From an uncultured Planctomycetaceae bacterium (lineage in GTDB: Bacteria > Planctomycetota > Planctomycetia > Isosphaerales > Isosphaeraceae), in contig CAWIAD010000002.1 of the NCBI GenBank assembly GCA_963833985.1, positions 5,568,001 to 5,632,000 of the forward strand: a stretch of 64,000 nucleotides of DNA. The letters are read 5' to 3'. Of this stretch, positions 51,543 through 59,345 are shown piece by piece (position 1 is the stretch's first letter; every line of letters starts with the position of its first letter). Both the position numbers and the translations under genes were made by a program. A model generated the notes under the pieces. It saw only the letters and a program-made list of their open reading frames with translations. It was not told the DNA's origin and did not search any database.

Positions 51543-54500
51543 TCATCCAGGGCCGTTCCCTCCGCCTCCGGGGCGGCCACCGGCAACGGGGTTACCGTCT
51601 ACTCCAACCACCCCCGGACCCACCACCGGGTTCGGCTCTTGCGACGGTTGTGGCAGCACCATCGAAGGATGCTCACCAGCGAGGATCTGGCGCACCCACT
51701 GCTGCGCTTGCTCGAACATCCACTTCTCGACCTCAAAGAGTTTGTTCGCAAGCTCCGCTTGCTGTTCGGCGTACTGACGCTGTAGTTCCTCCACATCCGC
51801 GTCTTGCACCTGCACTTGTAGTTCGATTCCCGCCCACATTGCCTCATCCTGTTTGGCCTGGTGTTCTTGAAGGGCCCGATACCAGGCCCTGTACCTAGGC
51901 ATCCAATCCCTCCACCATTTCCATTGTTCTTTGTTCGCGTTCAGGTCCGGTGCCCATTTGGGACTACTGGGGTATGGCTTACCACTGGGATAGGCCATCG
52001 GGCCGCCAGGCCTTGGCGGAATGTTCCAAGGAGCATCTCCTGGCCCCGGAAAGTTGCCCCATCCACGGCCCAGTGGAACTTGCAGCCCGCTTGGGTCAGT
52101 CGCGTTGCCCGGGGAACCGTGAACGTAGCGGTACTCATTCGGGTCGCCAGCCCTGAACCCGAGCGGATCGAGTTGACCGAACCTTCCTACCACGGGCCCA
52201 TACCACCTCGCATGGTCATAATACTGCCCAATCGCCGCATCCCACTCCATCCCCGTGAACTTGAACCGGTCGCCGTTGGATCCTCCGCTGCTCTCGGAGA
52301 GGATATTGCCGTAGCTGTCGTACACGACGTGGTCGATGCTCGTGCCCGAGGTGCTCACGATGTCGCGCACGCTTCCTAACCTGTCGGCCAGATACCAGGC
52401 GGTTGTGCCGCCCGAGCTGGTGCGGGCGAAGAGCTCGTCGACGGCCGGGCCGGAGACGTATCGGGTGAGCAGCGTGCCTGAGCCGTTGAAGTCGGCGTAG
52501 GGATTGGCGTCGGCGCCCTGGCCGTCGTACACGGTCCACATCTGGGTGCCGTTCGTGTCCACGCCGATGCGGTGATCCAGCGCATCGTAGGTGTACGTCA
52601 CTTGTTCCAGCGTGGTGCCGCCCGAGTTTTTCTCCACCGCGCTGGTCATCCGGTTGCGGTCGTCGTAGCCGAAGGTCCAGACGTCGTGAGTGGAGAGCTG
52701 CGTCTCGCCGATCGTGTTGCCTTCCTTGTCATACGTGAACGTGTAGCCGCCGCCGGAGCTCAACTCGTTGCCCGTGCCCGTGGTGTAGCCGGTCATGTTC
52801 CGGTTCCCACCCGAGTCATAGCTATAGTTTTCCGTCCGCGAGCCTCGTGCGGTCAGTAGTTCACCACCGGAGTCATAGCCGTACGTGACCGTCCCCTCGG
52901 CGTTGACCTCGGTGGTGACGCGGTTGGCGTTGTCGTAGCCATAAACATACGTTGAGAGTGCCGTGCCGGTGCCCGTCTGGTCGGTGATCGTGCCGACACG
53001 GTTGGCCGGGTCGTAGACGATCGAGGTGTTCACAGACGTGCCCGAGCCGCCGATGGTCCGCGAGATTGACGTCTCGCGGTTGCCCGGGTCGTACCCCAGC
53101 ACCACCTGCGGGCCGGCGCTGCCGTTGTAGCTGGCCGAGATGGTCGTCAGCCGAAACGCAGGGTCGTACTGGAACGTCGTCACGCCGACGTTGCCCGTGA
53201 TGTTGTCCGTCAAGCTGGTGCGGTCGTGGTACGCGTCGTAACCGGAAGTCAATGTCACGCTCGGCTGGTGGCTGCCCGGACCCGACGTGGAGTCGGTGAG
53301 CTGGTTGCCACCCGAGTCATAGGTGAAGCTCAGGGTCGCGTAGTTATCCGTGATCTTGGTCAGCTCGTTATCGGCGTCGTAGGTGAGAGTGACAAGATTC
53401 GTCACGCCGCCGGAGGCGCTGTACCAGGTCTCGCCGGTCTCCTGGCCGCCGGAGTCGTACGAGTACGTGACCACCCGGCCGTCGCGGTCGGTGGACGCGA
53501 TGAGCTGGTCATCATAGTTGTACAGGTAGGTCGCCGTGTTACCCAGCGGATCGGTCATCGTGGTCAAACGGTCGGCCGAGTCGTAGCCCCAGGTCGTGTG
53601 GTTGCCCAGCGGATCGGTCAGAGTCGTCATCCGCCCGGCCGCGTCATAAGCCATGGTGGTGGTGTTGCCCAGCGGGTCGACGATCGTCGTGGCCCGGTTG
53701 TCGGCGTCGTAGAGCGTGGTCGTCACGTTCCCCAGCGCGTCCTTGACCGTCTGCTGGTTGCCTCCCGAATCGTAGCCGTAGACCGTGGTATGCCCCAGCG
53801 CGTCGGTCACTGTGGTCAACCGGTTCATCGTATCATAAGCATATTGCGTCGCGTGGCCGTTCGCGTCGGTCATCCCCGTCATGTTGCCCACGCCGTCATA
53901 CCCGTAGGTCGCCGTGTGATTATTGGCGTCCGTGTAGGTGGTCAGCCGGTCGTCCTTGTCGTAGAAGAACGACTCGGTCGAGCCCCCGCTGTGGCCGGGG
54001 CTGGTCACGGTCGATTGCTTGCCGGTGGGCGTGTAGGCGTAGGTCGTGAGGTTCCCCAGGCCGTCCTCGACCGTCGCCACCCAGCCCCGGTCGTTGTACG
54101 TCGTCGTCGTGATCCGGCCCAGCGGGTCGGCCACCTGGATCACCTGCCCCTCGGCATCGTAGGTCGTGGTCGTCACCGCGTTGGCGCTGGCGGTCAACGG
54201 GGCCGTGACCACCGTCGGCCGGTTGAGGGCATCATAAGAAATCGACGTGATGCGGCTCATGGGATCGGTGATCTTGATCAGGTTGCCGCCCGAGTCGTAG
54301 CCGTACACCGTCACCCGCGACAGCGGCGCCGTGACGGTTACCGCGCGGTTCATCGCATCGTAGGAGATGGTCGTCGTGCGGGCGATCTGGCCCGATGGCG
54401 TCGGGTCCTGTTCGACGATCATGTTGCCACCTGAATCGTAGACAAACGTCGTCCGGTTCGTCAACGGGTCGGTCATGCCCGTTTCGCGGTTCATGGCGTC

Positions 54501-57359
54501 GTAGCTGTAGGTCGTGGTGTTCGACCGCTGGTCGGTGACGGAGGTGATGTTCCCCTGGTTGTTGTAGCCGTAGAGGATCTTGGTGCCGTCCGGGTTCAGG
54601 ACCGTGGTGGCGCGGTCCTGGCTGTCGTACTGAATGCTCGTGGTATGCCCGTTGGCATCCTTGAGCGTGGCCAGCATGCCGTCGCCGGTGTAGGTCATGG
54701 TCGTCAGGTTGCCCATCGGGTCCTGCGTGACCGTCAGGTTGCCGTGGCTGTCGTAATCGTACGTGTACACATGGTTGTTGGCGTCGGTGAACTGGGTGAC
54801 CTCGGCGAAGCTGTTGTAGCTGTACTGGTCGTAGTTCAGGTCGGGGTAGGTGTGCTGGGTGATGTTCCCCTTGCTATCGTAGGTGTACTTGTCGATCCGG
54901 TTCAGGCGGTCGATGGTGACGGTGGCCAGGCCCATGGACGCGCCGCTGCCGATGCGATCGAAGCTGGCCACGTTGCCCAGCGGGTCGACGGCCACGTTGG
55001 TCAGCCCCTGGCCGTTCCAGTCGGGCAGGACCGAGGTCGTGTTGCTGTTGGGATCGGTGTAGGTGCTGGCGGAGGTGGCCAGCAGCACGGCCGCCGTGCC
55101 CCCGCCGGAGGTGCCGCTGTTGGTGAATCCCGCTTCCTGGCCGGGGAAGAACTCCTCGGTGCTGCTGTCCGGGCGGGTGATCGTCGAGGCGCGCTGGGCC
55201 GAGTCGTACGCAACCGTCACGGTCTTCGAGTTCGGATCCGTCACCTGGGTCAGGCGGCCCGAGCCGTCATAGGCATAGCCCCAGGTCGAGTTGTCGGGCA
55301 AGGTCGCACCGGTGAGGTTGGAACCGCTGTGGGTGAAGGTCGTGTAGCGGCCGGCCGGATCCTTGATCGACTGCAAGTAGCCCCCGCTGTACGAGAAGGT
55401 CGTGATGTTGCCGTACGGGTCGGTGATGGTGCTGAGGTTGCCGCTGGAGTAGGCGTAGGTGATGTGCAGGCCGTTGGTGTCGATCGTGGCCGTCTCGTGG
55501 CCGCCGGAGTCGAAGCTGATCTGGGTGCCGTCGGTCAGGGTTCTCGTGAACGTCCCTCCCGAGTTCTCCAGCAGCGTCGAGAACTCGCCGGGCGGGTCGG
55601 TGAACGTGCCGCCTCCGCTGCCGAAGCTGCCGCTGAACCAGAGGCTGCGGCCACCACTGCCCAGGTCGAGGATCACCCCGCCGGAAGCCGGCGTGATCTT
55701 CTCCAGGCCCGAGACCGTCCAGCCGTCGCCGATGGCGCTGGAGGACTGGTTGAGCACGGTCATGGTGCCGGTGAGCGTCGTGGTGGTCATGGTGCCACGG
55801 TAATCGACGACCGTGGCCGTGTCGTTGTAACGCCCGGTGCTCTGTCCGGTCATGTTGGCTTGCAGCGCCATCTGCTGGATGTCGCCGGGCATGAGCTGGC
55901 TGGTGTTGTCATACCAGGTCGAGCCGGTGTAAACCGTGGTGCCGCCGGTGGTGCTCACGCTGAGCTGGCCGCTGTCCTGCGACGGGAGCGTCAGCGACGA
56001 ACTGAGCGCATGCGGGATGTCGACGATGGGGCGTGGATCCGCCGTGAGCGAGTTGTAGGTCAGGGCGAGCGCCGGGACGTTGGGATTATAGCTGGGCAGG
56101 TTGATGTCCGTGTTGAGCGCGCCGCTGGTGGCATCCACGGAGACGTTATGGCTGTCGAAGGCGGGCGCCTGGGGCTGCACCAGGTCAGGGGGTAGCGAGC
56201 CTGGCCAGGTGGGGTCGCCGCCACCGCTCATGCCCGAGCTGGACCCGGCGGGAACGAGGAAGTCATACGTGAACGTCTCGGTATGCGAGTTGGTATCGGT
56301 CACCGAGAGCGTGACGCTGTTCACGCTGGGCGCGGGGTTGACGCTGCCGTTGCCCCAGGTGAAGGTCAGGTCGTAGCCGGTGGTTCCCGAGACGTGGTTG
56401 ACCAGCGTCAGGTTGGTGGTGTTCCAGCTGATCGAGCTGACCGTGGTGTTCTCCACCTGGGCGCGGAGATCGACGAACTTGTTGAACGTGGCCAGCTGGT
56501 AGGCGCCCGGGAACATCACCTCACCCTGCGTATAATCGACCACGTACACGGGGAAATAGGGAAACGACCCGAGGCTCGCCCCGGAGGAATTGCCGATCGT
56601 CGGGTCGATGTTCGGGTTGATGCCGCCGCCGGAGCTCGACCCCGAGCTCGCCGGCGGTGGCGGCTGGGGTGGAATGGCGCTGGGAGGCGCACCGGCATGG
56701 GGCGGAGGTGAGGCGCCCGGCTCCGGGCTGCCGGCGCCCGGGTTGGGCGTTGGCGGGACAGTGGGCTGAGACGCGCTGGAGGCGGCTGCCAGCAGGGCGG
56801 AGGAGGCCGCCTGGTTGCTGCCGCTCGAACCCGGCGCGGGAACCTTCAGCGGCGTGATCGCGCCGCGGTTTGCAGTAGCCGCTGGCGCACTACCGCCGGC
56901 GCCTGTGCCCAGGTTGATCACCTGCCCGGCCCCCTGGCGCTGCGCCGGGTGCCAGGGAGGCGTGATGCCTGTCACACCGTTCGAGGCCGGGCTTTGCAGG
57001 GGTAGCAGGCTTAGCCAGTCGCCCGGCGCCGCTGGCGCCGGCACGATGGAGACGGGAACGAGGCCTTGTGCATTGCCCGCGCCGCCGGTTGTTCGCGGCC
57101 GCGCCGCGGCGGAGTTGAGAAAAGTCGCCGCTCGCGCCGTGGTGCCGGCGCTCGCGGGGGCATTCTGTCCAGGAGTTGCACCGCTTCCCCGGCCGGGCCG
57201 GGCCGCGGTGCCGGCAAGCTGCGCCTTGCTCGCCGCCGACAGACCCAGGAGGGAATCCAACCCCAGGGGCAGCCCCATGCTCAGCGCCGTCAGACTGATC
57301 GGTTCCGTGATCATTATCCGGAGCTCGCATTGTTCCAGGCGATCGAACTTCCTGGCCAT
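51543..57359 (-). CDS. Large Rhs/YD-repeat polymorphic toxin (1938 aa)
   Basis: Pro/Ala/Gly/Ser-rich N-region, dozens of YD repeats, core end FKFTGMEWD...YYDHARWY...GRFGQLDP...SPGNATDPSGL, unique tip of about 180 aa. Confidence 0.96.
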   Translation of the reverse strand: MARKFDRLEQCELRIMITEPISLTALSMGLPLGLDSLLGLSAASKAQLAGTAARPGRGSGATPGQNAPASAGTTARAATFLNSAAARPRTTGGAGNAQGLVPVSIVPAPAAPGDWLSLLPLQSPASNGVTGITPPWHPAQRQGAGQVINLGTGAGGSAPAATANRGAITPLKVPAPGSSGSNQAASSALLAAASSASQPTVPPTPNPGAGSPEPGASPPPHAGAPPSAIPPQPPPPASSGSSSGGGINPNIDPTIGNSSGASLGSFPYFPVYVVDYTQGEVMFPGAYQLATFNKFVDLRAQVENTTVSSISWNTTNLTLVNHVSGTTGYDLTFTWGNGSVNPAPSVNSVTLSVTDTNSHTETFTYDFLVPAGSSSGMSGGGDPTWPGSLPPDLVQPQAPAFDSHNVSVDATSGALNTDINLPSYNPNVPALALTYNSLTADPRPIVDIPHALSSSLTLPSQDSGQLSVSTTGGTTVYTGSTWYDNTSQLMPGDIQQMALQANMTGQSTGRYNDTATVVDYRGTMTTTTLTGTMTVLNQSSSAIGDGWTVSGLEKITPASGGVILDLGSGGRSLWFSGSFGSGGGTFTDPPGEFSTLLENSGGTFTRTLTDGTQISFDSGGHETATIDTNGLHITYAYSSGNLSTITDPYGNITTFSYSGGYLQSIKDPAGRYTTFTHSGSNLTGATLPDNSTWGYAYDGSGRLTQVTDPNSKTVTVAYDSAQRASTITRPDSSTEEFFPGQEAGFTNSGTSGGGTAAVLLATSASTYTDPNSNTTSVLPDWNGQGLTNVAVDPLGNVASFDRIGSGASMGLATVTIDRLNRIDKYTYDSKGNITQHTYPDLNYDQYSYNSFAEVTQFTDANNHVYTYDYDSHGNLTVTQDPMGNLTTMTYTGDGMLATLKDANGHTTSIQYDSQDRATTVLNPDGTKILYGYNNQGNITSVTDQRSNTTTYSYDAMNRETGMTDPLTNRTTFVYDSGGNMIVEQDPTPSGQIARTTTISYDAMNRAVTVTAPLSRVTVYGYDSGGNLIKITDPMSRITSISYDALNRPTVVTAPLTASANAVTTTTYDAEGQVIQVADPLGRITTTTYNDRGWVATVEDGLGNLTTYAYTPTGKQSTVTSPGHSGGSTESFFYDKDDRLTTYTDANNHTATYGYDGVGNMTGMTDANGHATQYAYDTMNRLTTVTDALGHTTVYGYDSGGNQQTVKDALGNVTTTLYDADNRATTIVDPLGNTTTMAYDAAGRMTTLTDPLGNHTTWGYDSADRLTTMTDPLGNTATYLYNYDDQLIASTDRDGRVVTYSYDSGGQETGETWYSASGGVTNLVTLTYDADNELTKITDNYATLSFTYDSGGNQLTDSTSGPGSHQPSVTLTSGYDAYHDRTSLTDNITGNVGVTTFQYDPAFRLTTISASYNGSAGPQVVLGYDPGNRETSISRTIGGSGTSVNTSIVYDPANRVGTITDQTGTGTALSTYVYGYDNANRVTTEVNAEGTVTYGYDSGGELLTARGSRTENYSYDSGGNRNMTGYTTGTGNELSSGGGYTFTYDKEGNTIGETQLSTHDVWTFGYDDRNRMTSAVEKNSGGTTLEQVTYTYDALDHRIGVDTNGTQMWTVYDGQGADANPYADFNGSGTLLTRYVSGPAVDELFARTSSGGTTAWYLADRLGSVRDIVSTSGTSIDHVVYDSYGNILSESSGGSNGDRFKFTGMEWDAAIGQYYDHARWYGPVVGRFGQLDPLGFRAGDPNEYRYVHGSPGNATDPSGLQVPLGRGWGNFPGPGDAPWNIPPRPGGPMAYPSGKPYPSSPKWAPDLNANKEQWKWWRDWMPRYRAWYRALQEHQAKQDEAMWAGIELQVQVQDADVEELQRQYAEQQAELANKLFEVEKWMFEQAQQWVRQILAGEHPSMVLPQPSQEPNPVVGPGVVGVDGNPVAGGRPGGGGNGPG

Positions 57360-57654
57360 GCGGGCACGTCTTCGCTCGGTGAAGCTGAGGCGGTGCTTGC
57401 TCAGGATGCGAATCCCTCGGCCCGGCGCGGTCCGATCCCGTGGCCCACCGGGCCCGGTCCATGGCGAGAAAGGCGCGGACCGAGAGCCGGCGGGGTAAGC
57501 CCCTGGAAGCGAGTCACGAGATGACGCTTGAAACAGAGGTCAGGACGTAGCCCACCTCGCGCTGCGAGCCGGCGAACGCCAGCGCAGACAAAGACTGACA
57601 AGTGGAGGTAACGAACGTGTCACATCAGAAAGTGCGGTGCCCGAACGCACGACG

Positions 57655-57715
57655 ATTTTAATTCCGCGGAAAGGAAGGTCAAGAAAATTTCTGATCATGC
57701 CGGTGATTTTCTTGA
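57655..57715 (-). promoter_or_regulatory. Candidate sigma70 promoter for rhs overlapped by a 10-bp inverted repeat
   Basis: Minus strand TTGACC (57682-57677), 16-nt spacer, TAAAAT (57660-57655). IR tcaagaaaat (57679-57688) / attttcttga (57706-57715). Confidence 0.55.
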
Positions 57716-57927
57716 AAGACACCAGACCCTGTGCGGTCGCGGTGGTGCACCTAACCTTTTTCGGATCAATCGCTTTCGTGTCACCTGATTCGTTCGGAGA
57801 ACAGCTGAAAAAACTCATCGAACTGACCGGCCACTCTCGCCTGTGAAGTCTCTGACTCTGCTGAAATCGGGGAACGACCCGACCAGGGAGACAGGCTGAC
57901 GCTTCGGCGTGGGCCGAGGCCCTTTTC

Positions 57928-58085
57928 CTATTTCTTTGAGAACTTCCGGCCGTTCTCCTCCAGCAGCCTGGCGGCGCTGAGGCCGCTGCCCTGGAAGGTC
58001 CGGCTGCCGAAATGGTGGACGAACTGGTCATGTGCCACGGCCAGCGAAAACCCTGCGCGGCGGGCACGCTCGCACAGGTCACAAT
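57928..58085 (-). pseudogene. GT2 fragment paralogous to about 39781-39930
   Basis: LCERARRAGFSLAVAHDQFVHHFGSRTFQGSGLSAARLLEENGRKFSKK versus LAERARRAGFSLAVAHDLFVHHFGSRTLQGNGIDAARLLEENGRRFAEK. Confidence 0.85.
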
Positions 58086-58121
58086 GATCGATGCGCTGGC
58101 CGCCATGAAACCCTCCCCCAC

Positions 58122-59225
58122 TCACTGCCCACCGCCCAGTATTGACAGGCAAGAATGCCTGTCCTCCCCTTCCTCTCCGTCGCGATCGGCGACGCGACCC
58201 ACGCGTTGCCATCCTGCTTCGGCGCGCGCGACTCCATAGACTCCGGCCACGCCAATCGGCCCGAATTGCCGTTCCGCCCGATCGACCTGGCGGGCCAGCC
58301 GGGCCAGCCAGCCGCGGGGCAAGTACACGTCCTGATGGGCCCAGACAACCAGCGAGTGGCTCGCCCGTGCCCGGCCTGCCTCCAGGCCCGAGGCCGCGTC
58401 CGGGCAGTCGCGCAGCAGGATGACCTCGTGGGTCGACAAGCCCCGCAGGTCGGGCGAGGCCAGCAGGTTGGCCTCAAGGATGGAACGGTCGGTCACGCAG
58501 CAGACGACCTTTGCGGGCGGCGCGGCGTTCTGGTCTTGTTTCTCATCGCCTGGGTCGCGAAGGGAGTCGATCGGTCTGGCGCGGAGGATGTACTGATAGG
58601 CGTCGAGGTGCCGCGCAGCGCGGGCGCGGTTCAGTCCGAGGTGGTCGAGCAATGGGCCTGCGGCGGAGATCAGCGCCGGCGGGCAGGGTACGCGGATGAT
58701 GTCGGCGACGTCCGGCAAGAAGCCGGCGTCGAGCAGGAGCTTGAACATGGTGGAGAGCGTGAAGAACCGCAGGTGCGTCGAGTCGAGCAGACCGGCATCG
58801 GTGTACTGGAAGTCGCCGGTGAGCAGGGCCGTCAGGATCGAGTGGTGCTGGACGTTCGGGATCGAGCAGAGGACGATGCCGCCGGGAGCCAGCAGCGAAC
58901 GGCACCGCGTGAGCGCGGCTTCGGGCTCAAGCAGGTGCTCCAGCACGTCGCCGAAGAGGATACAGTCGAGCGATCCCGCATTGATCGGCGGTCCTTCCCG
59001 CTCGATGTCCAGCTCAAATACGCCGTCCAGCCGCTCCGCCGCTCGCCGCGCCGCTTTCGGTTCGCGCTCAACCCCATAGACCCGTCGTCCCGGATGGCCG
59101 TTCTTGAGAGCCTCGCCCAGCGCCCCATCCCCGCAGCCGATGTCGAGGATCGATCGCACGCCCACTGGTACGGCGCCGAGCAGGGCTCCGTTCAAGCCAG
59201 AGTAATAGGATGCTGGTTTCGACAA
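58122..59225 (-). CDS. Class I SAM methyltransferase fused to a truncated glycosyltransferase-like domain
   Basis: ILDIGCGDG, FGDVLEHL, SIPNVQH, GLLDSTHLRFFT; then NLLASP...HQDVYLPRGW...GVAGVYG, ending abruptly at a palindrome. Confidence 0.85.
   Translation of the reverse strand: MSKPASYYSGLNGALLGAVPVGVRSILDIGCGDGALGEALKNGHPGRRVYGVEREPKAARRAAERLDGVFELDIEREGPPINAGSLDCILFGDVLEHLLEPEAALTRCRSLLAPGGIVLCSIPNVQHHSILTALLTGDFQYTDAGLLDSTHLRFFTLSTMFKLLLDAGFLPDVADIIRVPCPPALISAAGPLLDHLGLNRARAARHLDAYQYILRARPIDSLRDPGDEKQDQNAAPPAKVVCCVTDRSILEANLLASPDLRGLSTHEVILLRDCPDAASGLEAGRARASHSLVVWAHQDVYLPRGWLARLARQVDRAERQFGPIGVAGVYGVARAEAGWQRVGRVADRDGEEGEDRHSCLSILGGGQ
58144..58163. repeat. REP-like perfect hairpin
   Basis: gacaggca-agaa-tgcctgtc. 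Confidence 0.75.
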
Positions 59226-59345
59226 GGTGGAGGCTCCAGTATCTGCTGCTCTTCATCTCGAACTTCCAAGACGCGAACGACTGGTTGTGACTGATGGCCC
59301 TCAACATCCGACCTGGAAGAAGCCAGGTTTCATGGATCGCACTTT

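Noticed and set aside
43009..53345. Diversity-generating retroelement (template/variable repeats)
   Set aside because: No reverse transcriptase gene is present. Differences among cores look largely synonymous and not adenine-specific, and the tips are non-homologous.
53226..56195. Long plus-strand ORFs (402 aa, 516 aa) opposite rhs, and similar antisense ORFs elsewhere
   Set aside because: Shadow frames caused by high-GC codon bias; no recognisable motifs.
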